NCBI GenBank assembly: GCA_035945435.1
Contig: DASZAF010000028.1
Span: forward strand, 692-64,691
Source of the DNA: Candidatus Saccharimonadales bacterium
GTDB lineage: Bacteria > Patescibacteriota > Saccharimonadia > Saccharimonadales > DASZAF01
Length of the DNA: 64,000 bases
Direction of reading: 5' to 3'
Part shown: one piece after another, positions 17,888-26,053 of the stretch
Layout: every line of letters begins with the position of its first letter
Position numbering within the stretch: the first letter of the stretch is position 1
Made by a program: the position numbers and the translations under genes
Notes under the pieces: model-generated
Told to the model about the DNA's origin: nothing
Databases searched by the model: none
Seen by the model: only the letters and a program-made list of their open reading frames with translations

Positions 17888-19066
17888 ATGACTGCTGAGA
17901 TTCTTGGGGAGGCGACTCGCGCTAGTGAAGTTGCTGCCCTTGAGAGAATGTACCGTATGCAACTCGGCCCGGATCATCAGTATTTGAAACGGGTCACCGG
18001 CCTCGTCGTAGATATAAAGCTCACGGCCGCTGATGAGGTTGATGCCGCTATTGTGACTGACGGGGGCGATCTAATCGAGGTTGTCGAAGACGAAGCGTCT
18101 GTCGATGAGACAGACGAAGACCAGCCCGCCCGCGAGCCGGAGGTTGACGTGCGGACTGAGGACTTAGTGCGTATTTACCTGCGCAGTATCGGCAGGGTGC
18201 CTCTTCTAACTAAGGCACAAGAGATCGAACTTGGAAAACGCATCGAAAAGGGGCGAAAAGAGGAAGGAAAGAGCGAACGTGAAAGAGACGAAGCTCTTGT
18301 TGACGACGGCATTACCGCCAAAAAAGAGCTGGCAAACGCGAATCTCCGTCTCGTTGTGTCCATAGCTAAAAAAATGACCGGGCAGGGCGTCTCCTTTCTC
18401 GATCTGATCCAAGAAGGTAATCTCGCACTCTACCGAAAGGCGGTTGAAAAATATAACCATAAGCTAGGGAACAAATTCTCTACGCACGCCACCATTGTCA
18501 TCCGACAGGCCATGCAGAGAGCGATTGAAAACCAGGCCCGAACCATACGCGTACCGGTTCATGAAGTTGAGGTAATTGACAAGATCAAGAGAACCCAACG
18601 AGATAAGTTGCAAGAGCTTGGGCGTGAGCCGACCACAGAAGAGATTGCCGCAGCGCTTGGAATAACTCCTGATGAAGTCGAGGAGTCGCTAAGCTTCGAT
18701 CGTGACCCATTCTCACTTGAATACAAGCTGGAGGATGACGAGGGAGGTGGTACAGAATTTGGAGACCTACTGGCAAGTCAAGAACCCTCCCAAGAAGAGT
18801 ACGCTACCCATGGTGAACGGTATCGGCTATTCGCTGCGCTCTTTGACGCAGCCGAGCTCAATGCCGACCAGCGAACCGTAGTCGCATACCGTCTTGGCCT
18901 GGTTGATGGGAGGCAATGGGAGTTTGAGAAAATTCGAGCTCTGATTAGAGGTGTTTCCAGAAATCGAATCGGCCAGATCTTTGATAGAGCCATAGCGTTG
19001 ATGGAAGAGAAGGCGGCCGATCAACTGCTCAATCTGATCGACTTCGTCGCCGAGAGTAACGCTTAG
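17888..19066 (+). CDS. Sigma-70 family RNA polymerase sigma factor (group 1/2-like architecture, divergent region 2.3)
   Basis: Region 1.2 DLVRIYLRSIGRVPLLT. Region 2 ANLRLVVSIAKKMTGQGVSFLDLIQEGN...KFSTHATIVIRQAMQRAIENQARTIRVPVH. Regions 3 and 4 are recognisable but divergent. Confidence 0.85.
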   Translation: MTAEILGEATRASEVAALERMYRMQLGPDHQYLKRVTGLVVDIKLTAADEVDAAIVTDGGDLIEVVEDEASVDETDEDQPAREPEVDVRTEDLVRIYLRSIGRVPLLTKAQEIELGKRIEKGRKEEGKSERERDEALVDDGITAKKELANANLRLVVSIAKKMTGQGVSFLDLIQEGNLALYRKAVEKYNHKLGNKFSTHATIVIRQAMQRAIENQARTIRVPVHEVEVIDKIKRTQRDKLQELGREPTTEEIAAALGITPDEVEESLSFDRDPFSLEYKLEDDEGGGTEFGDLLASQEPSQEEYATHGERYRLFAALFDAAELNADQRTVVAYRLGLVDGRQWEFEKIRALIRGVSRNRIGQIFDRAIALMEEKAADQLLNLIDFVAESNA

Positions 19067-19179
19067 GCGACTATCCCCTGACAGCAAGCATACAGAGTCT
19101 ACATTACGTCACTGCTGTGATCTAGCCTTTACTGTAGTCGCAACCTATACTTATAACATTAAATAAGAGACGCCCCTTT

Positions 19180-20298
19180 ATGCACACCCCCCGGCTCTGG
19201 TTGAAAACGCCAGATAATAACAGCACATCCAATCAAGCCCTCGTGCGCTTATCTAGATTTGTTATACGTGTCTTTAGGCGCATACGGCAAGGTGAAGTTA
19301 GTAAGTATTGGTATGCCGTCGCATGTCTGTTTATAGTATCCATGGCCATCGTACTAACCATACTCCTGCAAGGATCACCAAGTACAAAAAGCCATAGCGC
19401 TTCGAATATTACTACCCGGGCTAGTGCGAAAAATAAGAGTAGTGCGACATCGTCAAACCCACATCACTCAACGGCCCCAACCACCAGCCAAAACCCACAT
19501 AGCGTTACGTCAACGACTTCGTCATCTGGCAATTCACCTACTCAATCTCTTGGTAGTGGCACGACGACCCAAGACTCGCAATACTGGTTGATAAACAGTT
19601 CTGGCATGAGTGCTTTGCAAGCCAGCGATCCTACCGCTGCGTCATGGTTCTTTAATGGCTCACAGGATTGGGTCATAAGCGGCTATGGCATGAGCATAGG
19701 AGCAGCCAGCCCAGTAGCCGACTATGAATCATACGCACAGTTTGCGAGCGACATAGTAACTGGAAACATAGCGTCTGGTATCAAGTGGGTACTCTATGAC
19801 GACGAGGCATGGTCTGGTACGCCATCTATTGAACAGCAACATCCCGAGACTTACCTTAAAGAGTTCGCTCAGTTGGCTCATCAACATGGCTTTAAGGTCA
19901 TCGAGACACCAGCTCGCGATTTGATGTCCGTGCAGGGAGCTGACTGTGACCAAGCTACGACTGGAGCGAGCAGTGTCGAGGCAGCTTACTTGGCATGCAA
20001 TATCGCTGCCGACACCCAAGATGCTGATGTTATGGACATCCAGTCACAAGGAGACCAGACAGATCTACCGCTCTATACCTCATTCACTAATAGCGCGGCT
20101 CAGCAAGCTCATGCGGTTAACCCAAATATGATTGTTATCGCCGGGCTGACATCTTACCGAGGTTACGATTCATCGAGTATCGTAAGTGCGTGGCAAGCCG
20201 TCCGCGCAACTGTCCAAGGTTTTTGGATGAATATCTCTCCATCGGCGCCCACCCCCGCTCAACAGGCGCTGGATTCAATCATCGCCCTAGAACACTAG
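19180..20298 (+). CDS. Hypothetical membrane-anchored protein with Ser/Thr-rich linker and a ~240-aa C-terminal domain
   Basis: TM helix YAVACLFIVSMAIVLTILL, then an S/T/N-rich spacer. The C-terminal domain (WVLYDDEAWSG...GFKVIETPARD...DIQSQ) could be a TIM-barrel glycosidase-like fold, but this is a weak impression only. Confidence 0.6.
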   Translation: MHTPRLWLKTPDNNSTSNQALVRLSRFVIRVFRRIRQGEVSKYWYAVACLFIVSMAIVLTILLQGSPSTKSHSASNITTRASAKNKSSATSSNPHHSTAPTTSQNPHSVTSTTSSSGNSPTQSLGSGTTTQDSQYWLINSSGMSALQASDPTAASWFFNGSQDWVISGYGMSIGAASPVADYESYAQFASDIVTGNIASGIKWVLYDDEAWSGTPSIEQQHPETYLKEFAQLAHQHGFKVIETPARDLMSVQGADCDQATTGASSVEAAYLACNIAADTQDADVMDIQSQGDQTDLPLYTSFTNSAAQQAHAVNPNMIVIAGLTSYRGYDSSSIVSAWQAVRATVQGFWMNISPSAPTPAQQALDSIIALEH

Positions 20299-20414
20299 CT
20301 AGGAATACTCCTCCAGAGAAGACCCGGTAAAAAGTGTACTAGGTCCGACTCGCCTTAAGTTAACTCACGAAGCTGCATATGTTTATTAAATGCACTCTTG
20401 TTGTGTGCTAAACT

Positions 20415-21218
20415 GTGCACGAATGGTCCAAAGCAAAAATGGATAGTCAAATAGGCTCATCGCCAGGCCTAAAGAGTACTGGGGCTAGTCTACCACCCAA
20501 CCAAACGTCAACCCAGCCGCCTCCGCAGACATCTCCACCTAGCAGCCAGCCGATCGTTGGCTCGGTAGACCCACTACCAACTAATACAGTCGAGCCGCCA
20601 TGGTTACGCCATAGAAGAATAAAGCGCCTAGTAGGCAAGCTGGTACGTTTTGGTTTGTTGGCAGCCCTACTGATAGTTATCGGGATCGGAGGATATCTGA
20701 TGACCTCAAGCTATAATTTGAGAGCCATCATTACTGACTCAAAGTTCCGACAGTATACATTCTCAAATGACAAAGGCGAGAAGTACAGAATAGTGTTTTA
20801 TAAGAACTCGGTCCAAGAAAACTACAATTTTGGAACAGTCACTAGTAGAGTCCTGCTTTCACCTTCTACAGCCACTGGCAGTGTGCCAATCTTGGTAGCC
20901 TTAGATGGTAAGAGAGGAGATACTAATGCTGCCGCCGAAGCTAAACTACAGGAATGCACCACCGAGGGGGCGAGTGTGGCGTTTAGTGTGTATATCAAAT
21001 CTATTGGGGTAAATGCCAACTTCTGTACATACGCACAAGGTGTTGGCTATGAGTCCTTTTTCGGTAACGCAAACTCCGTATACTTTATGCAGATCATTCC
21101 TGCCGGAAATAACTTAGCGCAGACTGATGCAAATGCCCAGAAGATCGTCAATAGTAATCCAAGTATCAGCGACGCAGAAACAATCGCAGAATCTTTTGTA
21201 TATCTAAGGAACAATTGA
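20415..21218 (+). CDS. Hypothetical membrane-anchored protein
   Basis: 267 aa (alternative ATG at 20439). Pro/Ser/Thr/Gln-rich N-terminus, TM helix FGLLAALLIVIGIGGYLM, then an extracytoplasmic domain of about 170 aa with no recognised motif. Confidence 0.6.
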   Translation: MHEWSKAKMDSQIGSSPGLKSTGASLPPNQTSTQPPPQTSPPSSQPIVGSVDPLPTNTVEPPWLRHRRIKRLVGKLVRFGLLAALLIVIGIGGYLMTSSYNLRAIITDSKFRQYTFSNDKGEKYRIVFYKNSVQENYNFGTVTSRVLLSPSTATGSVPILVALDGKRGDTNAAAEAKLQECTTEGASVAFSVYIKSIGVNANFCTYAQGVGYESFFGNANSVYFMQIIPAGNNLAQTDANAQKIVNSNPSISDAETIAESFVYLRNN

Positions 21219-21284
21219 TATCTAGCACAATACGCCTATCAACTCTCTTAGTTGCTGTCATGGAATAATCGCCAACGCTTAAGA

Positions 21285-21312
21285 TTGACATGGGCATAAA
21301 CGGTGTCATAAT
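21285..21312 (+). promoter_or_regulatory. Sigma-70-type promoter candidate, near-leaderless for 21321 ORF
   Basis: TTGACA (21285-21290), 16-nt spacer, CATAAT (21307-21312). The ATG at 21321 lies only 8 nt after the -10 element and no SD is present. Confidence 0.4.
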
Positions 21313-21320
21313 CACGAATC

Positions 21321-21623
21321 ATGACTGAACTTAGAGAAATCACAGAAGACAGACCTAGCGCCGATCGCGAGCCACCAACACTGACCGCCACCGGCAGGGC
21401 TCTCGTAGGACTACTCGTCGGTGCTTCAAAAGCAGGCCTGCTTGTCGGTCGCGCTGCAGGTGTGACACAAGAGAGGGTACGAACCTGGAATAAGGGTCCC
21501 TATCGTGCGGCAGCCGAGATAGTAGCCACGACTATTACTAGAGCAGTTCCCGAGGATGAGCAATCAGGAGACGGCCAAGAAGACAGTCCGGCTCTCCCAG
21601 CCAGCTTAGCGAAGCAATTGTAA
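21321..21623 (+). CDS. Hypothetical small protein (100 aa)
   Basis: ORF immediately downstream of a near-consensus promoter. Ala/Gly/Arg-rich with an acidic tail. No family recognised. Confidence 0.45.
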   Translation: MTELREITEDRPSADREPPTLTATGRALVGLLVGASKAGLLVGRAAGVTQERVRTWNKGPYRAAAEIVATTITRAVPEDEQSGDGQEDSPALPASLAKQL

Positions 21624-21705
21624 CTGCGGCGAAGCCCGTAATCTACAGATCACTCGCAAACTTGGCAGTCGTCAGCCTAGGAGCAGGCCTCGGGCAGATA
21701 GGCAA

Positions 21706-21735
21706 GCGAGGTGAAACCCATGGACATCACCTCGC
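21706..21735. terminator. Hairpin between convergent genes (weak bidirectional terminator candidate)
   Basis: GCGAGGTGA (21706-21714), a 12-nt loop, then TCACCTCGC (21727-21735): a 9-bp perfect stem. There is no clear U-tract on either strand. Confidence 0.25.
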
Positions 21736-21773
21736 ACGTGCGGCAGCTGAAGCGTTGACAGGCAATAGTACTA

Positions 21774-22280
21774 CTAGCTAATCCCTACAATCTGCAGGTT
21801 AATCGGCTTGGCACCAGCCGGACCAAAACTCCACTGAATTACATCACGGATCTTCCTGCCTATCAGATTCTGCCCAAATGGGCTCTCATTGGAGATCTTG
21901 CCCTGAGCAGGATCAGCCTCCAAAGGATCGACGATTGTATAAGCAAGCTCCTTGCCATCACCTTTAAGATGGACGTGCGAACCAAGTTTTACTTTTGTTG
22001 CTTGGCGGATGCGTGGTAGTAGTTTGGCTTTTTTCAAAATATACTCTGTCTCAATAATCTCCTCCTCGATTAGCTGGAGTTGATTGACCTGTTCGGTCAG
22101 CGAGATTCGCTCTTCGTACTTGTTGGCTGAGCGGGCGTCTTTGAGAGCCCTCAGCGTACGCAATGAGTGGGCGTGCTCGTTTCGAAGCGAGCGCAGACGT
22201 TTCTTAAACCGCTTGAAACCTTCTTGGCTCAAGTAGTAGAGATCACGTCGAACTTTGTTCGTCCGTTGGGCAATACGCAT
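21774..22280 (-). CDS. greA: GreA/GreB-family transcription elongation factor
   Basis: 168 aa. N-terminal coiled-coil region, then a C-terminal domain VKLGSHVHLKGDGKELAYTIVDPLEADPAQGKISNESPFGQNLIGRKIRDVI typical of GreA. Strong SD GGGGGGAG upstream. Confidence 0.75.
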   Translation of the reverse strand: MRIAQRTNKVRRDLYYLSQEGFKRFKKRLRSLRNEHAHSLRTLRALKDARSANKYEERISLTEQVNQLQLIEEEIIETEYILKKAKLLPRIRQATKVKLGSHVHLKGDGKELAYTIVDPLEADPAQGKISNESPFGQNLIGRKIRDVIQWSFGPAGAKPINLQIVGIS

Positions 22281-22427
22281 GATTCTCCCCCCTTTTATTT
22301 GATTTACTTTTAACTCCGCTATACGTTCCCCAGACTCGGGCGCTAACGCGGGGCATATTTTAATTCAAGCACCGAAATCTTAAAATTTGCTGATAATACC
22401 GCTCACGCTTGGGTAATGTAGTTATTT

Positions 22428-23027
22428 TTACGTAGATGACCCATTCGACTGGGTGTTCGCCCCATTACCACTTGTTCCTCCGCCAAACGGCGAAAAGGTC
22501 GTTGTCGGGTTGATAGTGACTGAGGTTGCGTTAAAGGTACCTGAACTGGCCTTGCTGCCCCTAGCGATAACCGTGTCACCAACGCTTACTGACGATCCGC
22601 CTGTATATGTGGTCGCGCTACTCGTCTGGACCGTTGTTGAGTTTCCAAGTGGGTTCTGAACCGTGAACGAACTGCCGTTCACGGTTGTCACCTGGCCGAA
22701 GACACCACGCCGCATGAATCCACCACCCCTAAAACCGCCGCCGAATGGTGAGTTGCTGTTGTTGCTACTAAAGGTCGTCCCCGAAGGAGAGTTGGATGCG
22801 CTGGCGGTAGTATGTATATGCTCGCCGTAGTAAGTACCGAGAAAGAAAGCCAAGCCTATGGCAAAGAGCCCTGTGATCACAGTTGTTGCAGTCTTGGGTA
22901 CCTGAAAGGTAGCACGTGGTTTCGATGTTGAGGAGACTGAATGAGCGTGCTTTACGGGCTTTTCGTGTTCGTTAGGAGCCGGTAGTGAGATGTCAGCGGG
23001 GTTATGCTTTCTGCCTGGCATCCTCAA
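22428..23027 (-). CDS. Hypothetical membrane-anchored beta-rich protein, downstream partner of the MacB-type ABC system
   Basis: 199 aa. TM helix VITGLFAIGLAFFLGTYY, Gly-rich FGGGFRGGGFMRRG, then short beta-strand repeats (SSFTVQNPLGNSTTVQTSSATTY...). Overlaps the ATPase gene by 26 nt. Confidence 0.6.
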   Translation of the reverse strand: MRMPGRKHNPADISLPAPNEHEKPVKHAHSVSSTSKPRATFQVPKTATTVITGLFAIGLAFFLGTYYGEHIHTTASASNSPSGTTFSSNNSNSPFGGGFRGGGFMRRGVFGQVTTVNGSSFTVQNPLGNSTTVQTSSATTYTGGSSVSVGDTVIARGSKASSGTFNATSVTINPTTTFSPFGGGTSGNGANTQSNGSST

Positions 23028-23685
23028 GCCTTCCGTCTTTTAATTTAAATGTCATATCCGTCCTGCCGGCGATCGACAGGTCATGCGTAACAACAAGAAT
23101 AGTGGCGTTCTCGGACTTAGCCAGTTTGTGAAGCAAATCGAAGATCATCTTACCGGTCTCTGTGTCTAGGTTACCGGTCGGCTCGTCAGCCAGAATTACT
23201 TTAGGGTGGTTGGCTAGTGACCTGGCTATGGCGACCCTTTGCTGTTCGCCGCCGCTGAGCTTACCAGGTTTACGCTTCTGCTTGTCACCAGTCAGCCCAA
23301 CACTATTAAGAAGTTCTTCTGCCTTCTGGCGACGCTCTTTAGCGGGTATGTGCGCAAAAGCCAGGGGCAGCATTACATTCTCAAGAGCCGTTAAGTTTGG
23401 GATCAAGTTGTAGTTCTGGAAGACGAAGCCGATTCGTTTGAGTCGGTAGTTCGTCAGTCGACCCCCATGCAGTGAGGTGATGTCCGTACCATCGACCTTG
23501 ATAGATCCTTCGGTCGGTCGGTCGAGCGCGCCTAGCATGGAGAGAAGGGTGCTCTTGCCACTTCCACTCTTGCCGATGATCGAAGCAAAGCAGCCCTCGG
23601 GCACTTTGAAACTGACGTCATCGACTGCGGAGACAATAGCGTCTCCTGATTTGAATCGTTTAGTAAGGTGTGTAACTTGTAGCAT
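23002..23685 (-). CDS. ABC transporter ATP-binding protein (MacB/LolD/FtsE-like)
   Basis: Walker A GKSGSGKST, signature LSGGEQQRVAIARSL, Walker B VILADEPTGNLD. 1-nt overlap with the permease gene. Confidence 0.95.
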   Translation of the reverse strand: MLQVTHLTKRFKSGDAIVSAVDDVSFKVPEGCFASIIGKSGSGKSTLLSMLGALDRPTEGSIKVDGTDITSLHGGRLTNYRLKRIGFVFQNYNLIPNLTALENVMLPLAFAHIPAKERRQKAEELLNSVGLTGDKQKRKPGKLSGGEQQRVAIARSLANHPKVILADEPTGNLDTETGKMIFDLLHKLAKSENATILVVTHDLSIAGRTDMTFKLKDGRLEDARQKA

Positions 23686-25124
23686 TATTCAGTCCTCATT
23701 ACTTCCGACGGTCTAATCTTCGTAATCATCCACGAGGCTACGACGCTGCCAATTATGGCAATCAGAATGGCCGCTCCTAAACCATAGATGATGATGCTCC
23801 AGCCAACTGCCGCATGTATCGATGAGAGATTATGCCTGAAGAGCTGACCACCACCTCCAATCCTCCTGAAGAAACCACCTCCCGGGCCTGGGCCTGCAGC
23901 TACAGCCCCGCCAGGACCGGTCACGGCCACGTTGTTTGCGGCAGAGCTCGTGCTGTTGTTGACGAGGGTCTTGGTGATTGGGTTGCCGGCAATAACACCG
24001 AGCCCCATGCCGATGACTGAAGCGATCAGTGTTAAGGTAACTGCCTCAACGGCAAACTGGCTGATAACTCGACTACTGGAGGCACCGATTGCTTTCAGAA
24101 CACCAATCTCCCTTCGTCGCTCGCGGACGATCATAATCATCGTTAGCAAGATGATGACGGCGCCGGCAATGGTGGCCCCGATGACACTGGAGAGTGAGAC
24201 ACTTTTGACACTGTTAAGCGGAGCGAGCGTGTTGTTGGCCTGCGTCTGTGAGCTGACCACATCTGCAGAGGAGCCAAGCTGTTTTGAGATAGCGCTTGTC
24301 GCCGAGCTAAGATTGCTTAAGGAGTCTACCGTAGCCGTCGCGCTCGTCACGTCGCTACTCTGACCACTGAGTCGCTGTTCAGTCGGAAGTGAAAGAACAA
24401 CAAAGTTATTGCCTGCCTGAGTGCTAGTAGTAAAGATACCGGCAACAGTGAGGGTTGTACTGTAGGCCGTGAAGGTTGAGCCAACTTTCAAGTTGTTCTT
24501 GCTGGCCATGGCTTGAGAGACCATTGCGTCATCGGTATTTGAACTCCCGTTGATGGCTGTACCACTCGTAATAGTGAGGGTCTGACCATTGACGTCTGTT
24601 GTATCGTTTGTGCCGACTACGCTGACCGGTGGCGAGAAGTTAGCGGGTATCCCGCTCTGGCCGAGACCGCCGGCAATGAAGAGTTTGAAGCCGCCGCCTG
24701 ATCCAGTCGTTCCCGAGACGCCGTTGCCGCTGAAGTTAATCTTAATAGGTGACTTCAGGCTTGTCTGATTTGTGCTGTTCGACGAACCGCCAAATGGCGT
24801 GACCGGCTGACTGGACCCGACCGTTGTCAGGTGGTCAGTCAGTGATTCCTGAAGACTCGTTATGTGCGGTAACGTTTTGACCTTGCTCAATTGGCTGGTT
24901 GTCAGGGCATTGTTCACTGAACTAAACCCGCTGAAACCAGCCGGTGAGATAGAGATGGTGTTACCGATTGAACCTTCTATCGTTTTGATCTTGTTTGAGA
25001 CTGCCTGGTGGGCAATCAACATCGTCAGGCTGAGACCGATACTGAGACCCAGAATGAGGACGATCGACGTGCTCCGAATGAGATTACGCGTAGTGTTGCG
25101 AATCCCGAAGGTAATCGTGTTCAT
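23685..25124 (-). CDS. FtsX-like ABC permease (MacB type) with large extracytoplasmic domain
   Basis: 479 aa. TM1, an S/T/G-rich external domain of about 280 aa, then the FtsX motif LKAIGASSSRVISQFAVEAVTLTLIASVIGMGLG. There is a Gly-rich insert (GPGPGGGFFRRIGGGG) before the last TM helix. Confidence 0.9.
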   Translation of the reverse strand: MNTITFGIRNTTRNLIRSTSIVLILGLSIGLSLTMLIAHQAVSNKIKTIEGSIGNTISISPAGFSGFSSVNNALTTSQLSKVKTLPHITSLQESLTDHLTTVGSSQPVTPFGGSSNSTNQTSLKSPIKINFSGNGVSGTTGSGGGFKLFIAGGLGQSGIPANFSPPVSVVGTNDTTDVNGQTLTITSGTAINGSSNTDDAMVSQAMASKNNLKVGSTFTAYSTTLTVAGIFTTSTQAGNNFVVLSLPTEQRLSGQSSDVTSATATVDSLSNLSSATSAISKQLGSSADVVSSQTQANNTLAPLNSVKSVSLSSVIGATIAGAVIILLTMIMIVRERRREIGVLKAIGASSSRVISQFAVEAVTLTLIASVIGMGLGVIAGNPITKTLVNNSTSSAANNVAVTGPGGAVAAGPGPGGGFFRRIGGGGQLFRHNLSSIHAAVGWSIIIYGLGAAILIAIIGSVVASWMITKIRPSEVMRTE

Positions 25125-25131
25125 AAACGAA

Positions 25132-25168
25132 AATTCCCCTTAACATTTATGTGATGTTGAGGGGAATT
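25132..25168 (-). promoter_or_regulatory. Hairpin that contains the permease Shine-Dalgarno; could also terminate the upstream gene
   Basis: AATTCCCCT (25132-25140), a 19-nt loop, then AGGGGAATT (25160-25168). On the minus strand the 3' arm (AAGGGGAATT) is followed by TTCGTTT and the ATG at 25124. Confidence 0.4.
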
Positions 25169-25206
25169 GTAGGCAGGCTTTCTGAAAGAAGACTGATACA
25201 GGAGGT

Positions 25207-25944
25207 TTAGATCGGCAACCTGTCTCGTCGCTCAAGACCGATTCGCTGGACGCCCAGCATGCCTAATACGTGATACGGGTTCCACAAAAGAGCGTTATGC
25301 GTGACTCTGTTCGGGTCGCCCCCAACCGTATCGAGCCGAACGCCTTCCGCTTGAGCATCGAGCGCATCTTGACCAGATGCCTGGAAGCCAAACTCGCTAT
25401 TGTCAAACTTCAGGCAGACAGCTGGTAGATTCTGGCCATCCAGCCGCCTGATCCCATGCGCCATAGTCACGCTCCGTACACTTGAGAGACGGGCAATACG
25501 TGGCATGACACGAGCGTGGAAACTTGGATGTCGGAGGACCTCGCGCTGGGCTGCAGCGGACTGCTCACTCATAGCGGCTCGTACCCCAGACGGGGTAGAG
25601 CGTAACTTCATGATGCGTTTCTCATTGCTTGTGATCCTCATACCGCCGCGCACCAGCCGAGGAACGGACATAGGTTCGGCACCGTCAACCGTCATAAGGC
25701 CTTTCAGCTTGATCGTATGACCCAGCTGGGCTTCGTCGAGAGCCAGCATGGCAGCCGAGTGGCCGATAACGACGGCGCCTTTCGCCACTCTTCGAAGACG
25801 GTCCGGGTCTTGCAGCCCGTTTCTGAAGCTTATCGTCCTGACGTCATCTACTCGATAGAGACCGTCAATGGCCTCTGCAAGAAGCCCCATCGATTGCTCG
25901 GGGACCGAATAGCCACCGATCACTGCTACACATGGTTTGCCCAT
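25207..25944 (-). CDS. Hypothetical protein, possible small alpha/beta-hydrolase-like fold
   Basis: 245 aa, Arg/Ala/Gly-rich and GC-rich. VVIGHSAAMLAL resembles a nucleophile elbow (G-H-S-A-A). SD AAGAGGA and a promoter candidate lie upstream. The family assignment is weak. Confidence 0.55.
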   Translation of the reverse strand: MGKPCVAVIGGYSVPEQSMGLLAEAIDGLYRVDDVRTISFRNGLQDPDRLRRVAKGAVVIGHSAAMLALDEAQLGHTIKLKGLMTVDGAEPMSVPRLVRGGMRITSNEKRIMKLRSTPSGVRAAMSEQSAAAQREVLRHPSFHARVMPRIARLSSVRSVTMAHGIRRLDGQNLPAVCLKFDNSEFGFQASGQDALDAQAEGVRLDTVGGDPNRVTHNALLWNPYHVLGMLGVQRIGLERRDRLPI

Positions 25945-26009
25945 CGCCTGGTTGTCCTCTTAATATTGACCTACTTGACAAGGGCCCACCACTGTTTATT
26001 ACCATAACT

Positions 26010-26039
26010 ATTATACCACTTATAGTACTTATACGTCAA
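26010..26039 (-). promoter_or_regulatory. Sigma-70-type promoter candidate for 25207..25944
   Basis: Minus strand reads TTGACG (26039-26034), an 18-nt spacer, then TATAAT (26015-26010). AAGAGGA and the ATG at 25944 follow. Confidence 0.45.
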
Positions 26040-26053
26040 TCGTATTACAGTGG

